A stretch of 64,000 nucleotides of DNA from the NCBI RefSeq assembly GCF_036321535.1, contig NC_087437.1, positions 92,816,001-92,880,000 on the forward strand. The letters are read 5' to 3'. This document shows, one piece after another, positions 25,585 through 37,239 of the stretch. The notes beneath the pieces are model-generated. The model did no database searches. It had not been told where the DNA came from and saw only the letters and a list, made by a program, of their open reading frames with translations. The first letter of the stretch is position 1; the number at the start of each line of letters is the position of its first letter. A program made the position numbers and the translations under genes. This stretch comes from Camelus dromedarius. Taxonomy: Eukaryota.

Positions 25585-25778
25585 GAAGGTAGGAAGGAAG
25601 GAAGGAAGGAAGGAAGGAAGGAAGGAAGGAAGAAAGAAAGAAAGAAAAAAAGGAAAGAAAGAAACCTGTTGCCTGGTTTAACTTAACATTTCTCAAATGG
25701 ATGAATCAACCAAGGGCCTTTTATTTTTTCTGGTAATATCTATTAAGACTTATCAGATACAATGTTATAAAATACCAC
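25355..25778. mobile_element. hAT-Charlie MITE remnant (MER113-like) interrupted by a microsatellite
   Basis: Terminus tttcccaaagtgtgttccacgg; internal ttagcat...ctgagaagtc...aagaaacctgttt; resumes gtttaacttaacatttctcaaa. Confidence 0.55.
25521..25658. repeat. Compound (GAAA)n(GGAA)n(GAAA)n microsatellite
   Basis: About 138 bp almost pure purine tetranucleotide repeat. Confidence 0.98.
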
Positions 25779-25779
25779 G

Positions 25780-25930
25780 TGTTTTATTTAGTTCTCAAAC
25801 AAATCCTGTGAAAGGGATGCCCTCATATCTACCTTTTGAGACCGATCAAGGTCACCAAGCTAATAAGTAGCAGAGCAAGGATTTACACTCAGATCTTCAG
25901 GCTGAGTCCAGAGACCTTTTCTCTTTCCAC
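25780..25930 (-). mobile_element. MIR SINE fragment
   Basis: caaggtcaccaagctaataagtagcagagcaaggatttacactcagatct. Confidence 0.75.
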
Positions 25931-27622
25931 TTGGCTACAGTTCCTTTTTATCCCCACCAGTACCTTCATGCTCCATTTACTTTTAACCCATATGCCCTGT
26001 GCTGAAGAAAACTGCTTGTACAGCCACTTCATGCAGCACTTTAGGATTCTGTTCCAATTTTAAGAGAGAATTCTTGATAACAGAATTGCTGTGTTAAGTA
26101 TTTGTTTAAAGCTAAAGCAGAAAACCACTCATGAGTAACACAAGCAGTTAAATGGTACCATCTGGAGCAAGAGGCATCTGTAAGTATCCTTATTTAAGAA
26201 CCAGTTTACAAATAATAACAGACCCCTGGAATTAAGCAGTTAGCTCCTTTGTCATTTATAACAGCATTCAAGGGAAATAGCTGGCTCCATTGCTTTTAAA
26301 TCTTCACAAACAGAAATACCAGGGTATTTTGGCTTTTTCCTTGGAAATAACAAGATGAGGATCTATCTCTTAAATCAATAATATTAAGAGTAACAGATAA
26401 TCCAGTTCCTGTTCTCCAGTTTCATAGACATGAACAAGGAATAAATTTTCACATTTCAAAAAAGAAGAGCAAGGAAATTAAACTTATCTAGATGACAATG
26501 CAAGAAAGAAAGAAGAGATGCATTTCTGAAAAAAAAGAATCAAAAGGTTCACTTCGTAACAAATAGAAATATTGTATAAATCAAAGTTTCTACTCATTAT
26601 TTGTTGCAAATTATGTTTTCACTTTATAGTTTGCTTGTCTGCATAACATTAATCAAAATCAGATTTTGATTATTTTGTACTCTACATGGCACTTTGTATG
26701 TTCTCAAAGAATATTTGTAGAATACATAAATTTAGATAAAAATAAATATAGAGACAGACACAGGCATAGAAATGACAAAGAGTACAATCAAAGACTATTC
26801 TTTTACAGAAAGAAATGCAAAGCAATTCGCAGACCTAGGAAGTCATAGCTCCTTAGGGCGATGTTTTCCTATCTTAAAATGGTAATATTTGTGCTGTACA
26901 CTGCACTGCAAGGTAAACAGACAGATACTGCTCAAGACCAAAGAAGACTGGTCAGGGGCAATTGGCGATATTGCTCTGGCCACTGGAGGCCTTGCAAGGC
27001 CATACCCAGGCCTATGGGGATCAAAATCTCTGTTAGCTGTGCCCAGACTCTAAAATCTTCTCTTTCATTTGCATTCTATTTGTCAATTGTATAGAATTTA
27101 TTGAAAGCAGCCTTTTTTGGGGAGAATTTATTTGTGCACCTCCCTTCAGTCAGTATTAAACAAGTATTTTAATATAAAGGCCCCTAGGCTCATTTGTGGA
27201 ACTCAAGTAACTCCTATACCTGGCATCTATTATCATCCCAACATTGTTTTGTTTTGTTTTTTTACCTCCATAGAAAAAAAGACAACTTTTTAAAGACAAT
27301 TAGATTAAATATGTACAATAATTGTTAAACTATACTGAAATCACACATATACAGTCTGTAAAAGAAGAAAAAAATTCTGAGGATCCTAAAACTATCAGTA
27401 ATTTATGAATTTATATCTCTTATTATCACACTTTTCCCTAGTGTAATGTAAATCTCATATTCTGAACTTAAATATTTCCTCTCACACTCTTCTTAAAAGA
27501 GGACCACATCAGTGTCTCTGAGAGTTAAAGAAGTTGTGATAGTCAGGAGGAGAGGGGTTGAGAACTGCAAAAATGTAAATACTGTAGAGCAAACGAACAA
27601 ATCACCCAGAGGAAAACACTCT

Positions 27623-27623
27623 C

Positions 27624-27664
<41 letters not shown>

Positions 27665-27676
27665 CACACACACACA
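27623..27676. repeat. (CA)n microsatellite
   Basis: About 27 units with one AA interruption. Confidence 0.97.
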
Positions 27677-29634
27677 AATCAATATTGAACATTAGATTGT
27701 TCCTCACTTTCATGAAGAAATAGTCCAAGTCTCTCTGGTTTTTTCTCTTAATAGTTATTTTATAATACTTACACATAAAATATTATGGTAAATAGTTATT
27801 TAGCTAGAATTACTTTTTAATTTTAACAATAGCTGTCTGATAATGCTTCTTAAGCATTTTCATATGGATATTTTCTGTACAAGTTGTATATATTTGAGAG
27901 GATACTGACTCCACCAATGCGCCTTCAAACAGACAATGCTTTAGAATGGATAACAGGACAGCACAACCCAAATCCTAAGTTTTCCTCTTAAATTCTTAGA
28001 GGAAATAACATTCTTTTCCTTTCCACACTCAGCATCCTTTTTCTTTTCCTCCCTGATCCCTTGGCTCCTTGCAGACCTCCATCCCTATGCACAAATAGCG
28101 TTAAGGGACTTTTCAAGTCCCTTTTTTAAATTTAAATTTTTTATTTACTAAAGATGGTGATTAAAGACTAGATAAGGAGATACAGAAACATTTTAGCTAT
28201 GTAAATTCCATCTCTTCTCCTCAGGTTCTGCCCTATCACTGGGATTTTGTGTTGTCTCATAAAAATACAATTATTTACATATAATTAATAGATTGAAGGG
28301 AACACAGGAGGAAGGGTTAATATATCAGTTATAGTTCAAAATATAGTGACAAAATAGTCTGGAATATGTAAGCAACTCAGCTTTGCCCCACTTCCCCTGT
28401 TCTGTTACTAAACATCTGTTCCATCAAATCTCTTGCCCACCTTAAAGGGCCTGAGGGAATCTGAAGCACTAATAGTTACCTTGGGAGCTAGAAAAGGGTG
28501 GGATTGGGAAAAATTCTCCAAAGCTTAGTTTCATCAAACTTCCTTCATGTTCAGTAGTTGTGCTTCAGTGAGTAGGTGGCCCTAGGTGACTTTTCCACTA
28601 TATTCATATATTGTCCTTTGTGCTTTTAGCTTTTTCAGAGTGCTTTCTTTCTTTTTTTTTTTTTTTTCAACTCATGGTTCCAACATCAATTTGGGTGCCT
28701 GGAGTGACTATACCATATATTGTGCTTATCACAGCTTACACAGAACTTCCTATTTTGGTAACATTTAAGATGTTCTTTGTACGTTGTGACACATTTTGAC
28801 AATGTGGGCAAAGAGAAAGAAAGCATTCACTAATACAAAATATTTGCAAATAGGTACAGTAAGCTAGCTTTACATAATGCTACTAGAAATCAAAAGGTTT
28901 AATTTACAGAATGAATGACTACATAATGCAGTCTTTAAATATGGAGGAAAAATAAGCCCTCTAAAAATGAAAAGCAACTTGGGGCATTGGTGAGCTTTTT
29001 TGCATAAATTCCTTAGAAGCTTTTATAAGCTCATCTTTCTTCCTCAAGGTAATTATGTTGAAAAGAAACTTGCAAAAAGCTAAATAATTGATCTGTACAA
29101 GCTTAAATGGAAAAAACTTATACTTGTTTATCATGGGTGGGGACTGTAAATGCATAAATATGATTGAAGCATTTATTACACTTGGAAGGATGGTGTTAAT
29201 GGGGAGACCTTCTGATGGTCATGCTAGCTGCTTTCGAAGAACAATAGATACATTAAATTAATCAGTGGTTGATTGTGGGGGTTGTTTGACTTGACATTTT
29301 TAGTTCTAGCACTAACTCAAATTTTAGTATTAAGTTGTAAAATAGAGTTCTATAATTGTAATATGAAAATAAACTTCATAAGAATAAAAGTAATGTCATA
29401 ACCAGTGTCTGATTCCTCTAATGAACATATAATTTCCACAGAAGCAGTGATATGTGCAAATACACACACCACACACAAACATCTGCTTTCGAAGTCCTTA
29501 TGTAATTGTGTGAGAAGGGAAGAGTTTATATCAAATCATTCAGTTTCTAAATTATGTCTGGTTTAAACTAATATTAAAATATGTTTGAGAAGCCTGAGTC
29601 TTTCAATTTATATGAAGAAGATACATTCACATCA

Positions 29635-29845
29635 ATTAATAAGATCCACTTATACAAACTTACTCTAGGCTAGATTCTGCACTAAGCATTTTATGGGTAA
29701 ATGTACATTTAAATATCTCAAGAAATGAATGAGATATGTTCTATCATTGTTCCCATTGCACAGTTGAGAAAACAAAGCAAAGAGAGTTTAAGGGAATTCA
29801 AAACTTGTTAGGCTCAAAGATGACATTTGAATATTGAACTACACT
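29635..29845 (-). mobile_element. MIR SINE
   Basis: cttactctaggctagattctgcactaagcatttta...tcccattgcacagttgagaaaacaaagc. Confidence 0.7.
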
Positions 29846-29989
29846 GTCTTTAGGGGCACCTGTTATAGCAGAAATGTTTTACGTAGCTAAAAGATTGAAA
29901 GCATGCCTGATTATTTACATGGTAGATGAAGGCCAGAGTGTGTGGTAGTATCTGGATCATCTACATGGCAGAAAAAGGATCCAGGGGCA

Positions 29990-30096
29990 CTGAGAGCTTG
30001 TCTGTCCCATTCACGCACTGTTGTTTCCTCTCACCTAGACCTAGAACACTACAGGGAACAAAGTAGCCACTTAGTTGATTTTGATGAATGAATAAA
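29990..30096 (+). mobile_element. L2 3' tail
   Basis: ttgtctgtc...cactgttgtttcc...cctagaaca...ttgatgaatgaataaat. Confidence 0.65.
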
Positions 30097-30529
30097 TCCC
30101 ACCAGATAATCACTGGTGCTTACTGTCAGAGTGAAAGTCCCCCAGGTTTTTAGTTATGAACATGTTGGTCCCACTAGTGACAAAACAGAAAGTATTAATT
30201 CATTTTATACATATAAATACCTAGAAAAACCAAACAAGAAAGAATAGAAACGACAAAGGAAAACTGCCGAGTGTGTCTTTGTCTAAATATAGTCATCCAA
30301 GCTTCCCTTTAAATCTAAAGTTCTAGAAGTCTAAGGGGAATAAAGTAAGATCAGCTTCTCTTTCCGTTCATTTCCTTCTTTCCCTTTTATCCCCCACTGC
30401 CACCAGCCAGGCTTTTTGGGCTAAATATATCAACTCGTTTTACTCTTTCTTGTTTTTGTTGTTGTTTTCCCTGAAAGTGGAAAGAAACAGATATTCCAGC
30501 TGAGTTCCATTTATTCAGACATGAAATAC

Positions 30530-31020
30530 AAATATCTATTTCATCTTTCTTCAAACCTCCTACGTCCCCACTTTAAACTCATAATGAAACCAAATATTTT
30601 ATTGAGAAAATAGATGCAATCTGACAAAATCTGACATCTCATTTTAACAGATTCACCAGTCTGCCAGTGTGCCGTATATTTGGCCTCTTCTCTATGCTCC
30701 TACTGAGGAACCGCCTCCGGTGTCATCATCCCAATTCATCCCTTTGTCTATTTAAAGGCAACTGTCCTGCAATTATCCTTTTGATCTCCTGCACCTTTAA
30801 GTTCTCCCTCACTCTAAAACCATTTCCATCAGCATGCAAACAGGCCTTAATTGCACCCATTTTAAGAAAGAAAAAAAACTCACTTGAGCCTAAATCTGCT
30901 CTTCTCTCACAGCAAAACTTCTTGATTGAGTATATTAGGAAGTCTCAACTCCTTTACCTCCCATTCTTACCTCGCATCACTAACATGATTAATACTTTTT
31001 AATAACCCCTATTGCACTTA
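30530..31020 (+). mobile_element. L2 LINE ORF2 remnant (5' part, interrupted by L1)
   Basis: gagaaaatagatgcaatc; translated FSLTLKPFPSACKQALIAPILRKKK resembles the L2/CR1 pre-RT motif; ends cccctattgcacttag. Confidence 0.8.
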
Positions 31021-31030
31021 GAAAAAACCC

Positions 31031-31517
31031 ACAGCTTATACAGCTCAACATCAAAAAAACAAACAACCCAATTAAAAATGGGCAGAAGATCTAAATAGAT
31101 ATTTCTCCAAAGAAGACATCAAGATGGCAATAGGTACATGAAAAGATGCTCAATATTGCTAATTATTAGAGAAATGCAAATCAAAATTATTGTGAGCTAT
31201 CACCTCACATAAGTCATAATGGCCACCATCAAAAAGTCTATAAATAATAAATGCTGGAGAGGGTGTGGAGAATAAAGAACCCTCTTACACTGTTGGTGGG
31301 AATGCAGTTTGGTGCAGCCAGTATGGAGAACAGTAGAGAGGTTCCTTAAAAAACTTAAAATAGAGAAGTTACCATGTGATCCACAATCTCACTCCTGGGC
31401 ATATATCGGGAGAAAACTATAATCCAAAAAGATACTTGCACCTCAGTGTTCATAGCAGCACTATTTACAATAGCCAAGACATGGAAACAATCATTGCTAG
31501 ATGATTAGATAAATAAA

Positions 31518-31557
<40 letters not shown>

Positions 31558-32020
31558 GAATACTACTCAGCCATAAAAAGGTGAAATAATGTCATTTGCA
31601 GCAACATGGATGGACCTAGATTTTTATACTAAGTGAAGTAAGTCAGAGAAATACAAATGTATGATATTGCTTATACATGGAATCTAAAAAATGATACAAA
31701 TGAACTTATTTACAAAACAGAAACAGACTCACAGGCATAGAAAAGAAACTTATCGTTACCATAGGGAAAAGGGCAGGGGGAGGGATAAATAAGGAGATTG
31801 GGATTAATATATACACACTACTATGTATAAAATAGATAAACAACAAGGACCTACTGTATAGCACAGGGAACTATATTCAATAGCTTGTAATAACCTATAA
31901 TGAAAAAGAATATACGTATGTGTGTATCACTGAATCACTTTGCTGTACACCTGAAACTAACACAATATTGCAAATCAACTATACTTCAATTTAAAAAAAG
32001 AAAAGGAAAAAAAGAAATAA
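31031..32020 (+). mobile_element. L1 LINE, 5'-truncated (ORF2 C-terminus + 3'UTR), inactive
   Basis: Encodes decayed [19 protein letters not shown] and [11 protein letters not shown] motifs with frameshifts/stops; 3'UTR like 10106-10440; A-rich tail. Confidence 0.96.
31521..31555. repeat. (CA)n microsatellite inside L1
   Basis: About 17 perfect CA units. Confidence 0.97.
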
Positions 32021-32305
32021 AAATCCAAATTTCTCACTATGACCTGTATTTTTAAAGAACCTGGCTTCTACTTACCTCTTCCCATTTCATCCTCCCCCAA
32101 TCCCACACATTATGCTCTGCATACCCTCATCTTCCCCTGTCCCTTGGAAAGCAAAGTTCTTCCCCACCTCAGGGCCATTACCTGCTACTTGTTCTGCCTG
32201 GAACACTTAACTTCCTAAGTATTGAATAACTAGTTACTTTTCATTTAGGTCATATCAAATATTATCTCTTTAGAGAGGCTTTCCTGACCTCACTATGTAA
32301 GAGAC
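32021..32305 (+). mobile_element. L2 (L2a-like) continuation after L1 insertion
   Basis: aaatccaaat...cctcagggcc...gttctgcctggaacac...agagaggctttcctgacc. Confidence 0.8.
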
Positions 32306-32307
32306 TT

Positions 32308-32766
32308 ATATTACTTTTCCGTAACTAGGTAACAGATCATCTCAAAATTTTGTATTTCTCTCACTATTTCAGTTAGGACTTCCGAAAAGGCTGGGTTGGA
32401 TGTTCTGCCTCAGGATCTTGAAGTTGCAGTCAAATGCCAGCTGGGGCCACAGTTCTCCAAAGGCCTGCGTGAGACTGCTGATCCACCTCCATGATGGCTC
32501 ACTTATGTGACCAGCAAGTTTATGTCTGCAAGCTGGTTCCTCTCCGGATGGATATCTCCAAGGAACTGTTTGTATGTTTTACAACGTGGAGGTTGGTTTT
32601 CTCCCAGAGCAAGCAGTCCAGGAGATCAAGGCAGAAACTGAAATGCCTTTATGACATAGCCTCAGATGTCACACATCTTATCCTATTGATCTTACTGACC
32701 AGGCATGATTAAAGATGGGAGTGGTGTATACAAGCATGTGAATACTGAGAGGTCACTTTGGAGCTT
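32308..32766 (-). mobile_element. MaLR solo LTR (MLT1H-like)
   Basis: gttgcagtcaaatgccagctgggg...gatggctcact...gcagaaactgaaatgcctttatgacatagcctcagatgtcacac. Confidence 0.85.
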
Positions 32767-32864
32767 GCTTTGTTTTGTTTTGTTTTGTTGTTGTCTTTTT
32801 ACTTAAATGTTGTCATTTGTTCTTCATTCTGAATAAGGATTCTTTGATACTCTACTAAGTTTAG

Positions 32865-33350
32865 TAGAGTGGCAGAATACAGCAGGGTCTTGAGCAACAC
32901 TTTTTCCATTTTTTAGCATGCAGATGCTAAGAGAATAAAAAAATATTTCCCAGATTCCTTTGTGACTAAGCTTCAAGATAGGATTTAGTTTTACCCATCC
33001 AGGCATACTGGCATAAGTTCCTAATTTAGAACTTAGTCACATGGAAAAATAGGCAATATAAGACCCATATCACTGATCTGCCATATTACTAATATGGTTT
33101 CTGACAGATGTGGCTATTCTGGAGCAAGTACTTATAAGAGCAGCTCCCTGATTCAGCATATTTCTGATCAAAGAAGAGGCAGCAGCTGTCTGGGTACTTG
33201 ATATGGTTTTGGATGTTGTCATAATATTCAGCATTGAGTCTCTTTTTTCAGCCCTCCCAGTGATTTAGGAGCTACCATTATCTTTTAATAAATCACTTTC
33301 TGCTTTCATTAGCTAAAGTTCTGTCATCTGTAACTAAAAACCCTGATCAC
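32865..33350 (+). mobile_element. ERVL LTR33-like solo LTR
   Basis: atttcccagattcctttg...tcttttaataaatcactttctgct...tctgtaactaaaaaccctga. Confidence 0.7.
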
Positions 33351-35357
33351 TTTGAGTTGCATTAGCTGTGTCAGCCAAAATAATACCTAGGCAGTCTCAG
33401 ATGGGTATGTATGAGCATGTGTATGTGTGTGTATGCCTTATATATAAATAGCTATGTCATCTGTGAAGAGCAGTGCCTTCAGGAACTTTCATCCCTTCCT
33501 TTCCTCTCTATTGTGGCTTTGGAATTTTTCTCTTGATTTCCTTTTTTGCTTCTCTCAGCTAACACTTCCTGTTACTTATGTCCAAGTTCACCCAACAATA
33601 GGGGAGTTAACATTTGCAAGGAAGACACAATTAAGAACTGTGTCCATTTGACACATCCTAGTCCCTAAGTTCTAATGCACTGTTCTTATCAGGGAAAAGA
33701 TAGTATCTCAAACTCAGACATGTCCCACTTTTCTATCCTTTTTTTCCTTCACCTCAAGATACTAGATCTTTTCCTCTGCTGTAATAAAATGCCCAAGAAG
33801 GTATTAGTCAAGATTTGTTCTGAAATATAAACTCATCTAACTTCAGTATTCAAAAATTATCATTAACGGTCATATGTTCCATAGATAGATTCAAATAGAG
33901 AAAAATAGTTCTAAAATTTGTTTCTCCATGGGTTTTCAAGGAGAGGCATAAGTAGAAAGCAAAGTAGGAAGCAAAGTAGGCATAAGTAAACAGCAAAGCA
34001 GGAAAAAATTTCTACCTAACTTCCACTTCTTAACTTTCTTGTACTTATTAGCTGTTAAAGGCTCTAGAAAAATTGCAAAAGTCCCATGTGCTTGAGTAAC
34101 ACAAATGAGATATTGGGACTATGTGAAAAAGTTAAACAGTAACACCTGAAAAGTTTAACGGTTTAACATGCTACATAGGAAATGCCATGGCCTCTGTATC
34201 TCCCCAGTGGGGCAGTTGTTTTTAGTCTAGGCTTTTACCAAAAAAGAGACCTTAAAACACTACTCCTATAGTCACAACATGCATAAAGAAAGCAGACAAA
34301 GATTTCCCGGGATGGAATGAAGAGTACTGTAGAATCACACAATTCCAGTCAGCATTTGGCAGAGCATAACAGAGAAGACTAAAACCTTCCATCGTATTCA
34401 ACTGATAAAGACTCAGTACTTAAAGACCGCTTTGAAGATGTGTACAATAAAATACCAGTGTAATGGGGTGCCTGGAATGCCTGGTGAGGCAGAGCTTTCA
34501 TTTGTTTTACAGAGCAGAGTACCAGCTGCTTCTCTGTTTAGGCAGGGGTAAAAAAGTCATCTTAAAGCCATTCTTCTCTACTCTGTGCAGTTATGCAAAT
34601 GTAAGGCATAAAGTCATTCCTCACTAAGCAAATCTTCTGTTAGACTTAGCAGAGCTGCACCTAATTCTTGGTAATCAGCATCTCAGAAGTGGGTGCACCA
34701 ATTTACATAAGGAACCCTTGGTGAATGAAGGAAGCAAAATCTCAACCACTTTCCCCTGAGACTGGAAATTAAGGAAACCTGTGCAGTGGAGAGAGGGAGC
34801 CATGACTAAATTCTGCTGGCATCCCAGAGGTCTTAAGGGGAATTTGCTGGGAGGAAGAAGGAGACTGGATGGTTGACCTGGGCGCAGTGGGATTCCTTAA
34901 GGAGGGAAGGCTATAATTATCCTGGTCTATGACTCCAGAAAGCTTAGGGCTCAAATATGGAGCACCAGCATAGTTTGCATAAAGATCTGAACCATCTCAT
35001 GCACCTTCACTGGAGAACAAAGAACGTTCAATAGTAACTCTATGGTAGTAATTATACAGTGAACTGATTGGACCCTTCTGGTATTTCCTCTTTCCATTTG
35101 GCTTTCAGAAGCAGCACTGACTTGTGGGCCATATCAAGGCCTTGAAAGACCAATGTCTTACTGGCCTAGTTTATATTTGTGTACAGACTGCTTAGAATTT
35201 TATTGTTGAAATATCATGGTGCAAGATGATGCTAATGACAGAGTAAGAAATTGAATCTAGAACCCAGATCAAGGAGAAATGCTAAAGAGAATGTTTACAG
35301 TCATATGAGGTAATTATTTCAGGGTTTTAGGGGGTGGTTAAGGTTTAAGAAACTTGG

Positions 35358-35947
35358 TGTGGTGGACAGACCCTAATATGACCACAAGTAGTTTCTACCT
35401 CCTGATGTCTCCTTGTGTCCATGTCTTTATGTAACCTCCCCTTCTTGAGTGTGTATATTAGAATACGTGTATCATATTCTAACCAACAGAATATGGCAAA
35501 GGTGATAGGATGTCACTCCCATGATTATATTACACAAGATTCTGGTTTAGACTGAAGAGAGGAAGTCTCCTTGCTGGCTTGATGAAGTAAGCAGCCATGT
35601 TGAGGAAGTCTATGTGGCAAGGATCTAGGAGTGGCCTCTAGGGACTACAAACACCCTCTGGGACCTGAGGATGGCCTCTAGATGACAGCCAGCAAAGCCT
35701 GCCTCAGTCATATAGCTATAAGAAAATGAATTCTGCCAACAGGGTAAATGAACTTCAAAGTGGATTCTTCCCCAAATGAGAATTCAGGTGGACACCTTGA
35801 ATGCAAACTTATGAAACAGAGGACCCATTAAATCTTACCCAGACTCCCAACCCACAGAAACTGTGAAAGGAGAAATATGTGTTGTTTTAAGCAACTAAGT
35901 CTGAAGCAATTTGTTACATAGCAATAGAAATCTATTACACTATTATA
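35358..35947 (+). mobile_element. MaLR solo LTR (MLT1E-like), full length
   Basis: Starts tgtggtggacaga; has aacagaatatggcaaaggtgataggatgtcac and gaattctgccaac; ends ttgttacatagcaatagaaatctattaca; TSD CTTGG at 35353-35357 and 35948-35952. Confidence 0.92.
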
Positions 35948-36274
35948 CTTGGTAACCCCCAATGAGCACTTCCCTGGTCTTGCAGGCTCCACTTTGGACA
36001 GGCAGATGACCCTTGATCCCAGCAGGAAATCCAAATACGTTTCCTGAGAGGAAACTGGAATCCTGGAGAAGCCTCATTAGGGAACTTCCTCCAACCTAGT
36101 CTGTTCTCATGTAGCTTGATGAGAATGTATTTCCTGAGCTTTTTGCATAAAGCATAATTCTGTAAGCTGTAATATAAAGCTCTTTTTTTTTTTTATCAGT
36201 TCTCTAAAGTCTATTGAACTAACTCATGTCTCTTTCTTTATGGCAGAGGACACATAGTTCCTGGGATTACAAGG

Positions 36275-36658
36275 TGTTATATGTTGAATGTTTGTGTCCC
36301 TCCAAAATTTGTATGTTAAAACTCTACCCTCCAATGCGATGGTATGAGGAGGTGGGCCTTTGGAGGGTAATTAGGATTAAGTGAGGTCATGAGGGTGGAG
36401 CCCTAATGAATAGGGTTAGTGTCCTTAAAAGAGTCATGAGGAAGCTTGCTTCCTCTGGTCCAAGACAAGACACAAGGAGGAGAAGCTGGCAGTCTGCAAC
36501 CCAGAAGAGGGCTCTTACCCAAACTCGACCACCAGTCCTGGCACCCTGTTCTCACACTTCACTTCTAGCCTCCATAATTGTGAGAAATAAATTTCTATTG
36601 TTTATAAGCCATTCAGTCTATGGTATTTTGGTTATAACAGCCTGAATGAACTCAGTAA
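36275..36658 (+). mobile_element. MaLR solo LTR (MLT1A-like), full length
   Basis: tgttatatgttgaatgtttgtgtccctccaaaatt...gagggtggagccctaatgaat...tgagaaataaatttctattgtttataagcc; near-TSD caagg/caggg. Confidence 0.92.
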
Positions 36659-37010
36659 CAGGGGATAGAAGTGAAGGTCTAAGTGAAGAAAAAGAATATT
36701 AAAATAGCAAAAGAGGAACCATTTACCTGATGCCCACCTCTTACTTCCTGTGGTTATCATCCATTAAAAAATCTCTAGTGTGGTGTTCAAAGAAATGGTG
36801 TTCATCCTCAAAGGAGTGGTGTTTATAAGGAACCCACATGATATTGGGTTATGTGTAAAGGAGACTTTCAGTGAGGTATACCAGAACTCATGTACATATT
36901 CACAAAGACTCAGTGATTAATTGGGAAAATCAGAGAGGTCCTCAAAGACACATCAGATACATACCCTCTATGTGTAATTTATATGTGGTCAGCTGTATAT
37001 AGTTTCATTA

Positions 37011-37239
37011 TAGTTGACCATTGAACAACACATGTTTGAACAGCGTGGGTCCACTTATATAAGGATATTTTTCAATAGTAAATAGTATAATATTATGTGA
37101 TGGGTCACTGGTTGAATTCTTAGATGTGAACCACTGATATGAATCCTGGATAGGGAGGGCCAATTATAAGTTATACTCAGATTTTTGACTGCACAGAGGG
37201 TCAGCACCCCTAGCTCCCATGTTGTCCAAGGTTCAACTG
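37011..37239 (+). mobile_element. MER8/Tigger2-derived MITE, second copy
   Basis: TIRs tagttgaccattgaacaac / gttgtccaaggttcaactg; colinear with 19411-19657. Confidence 0.92.
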
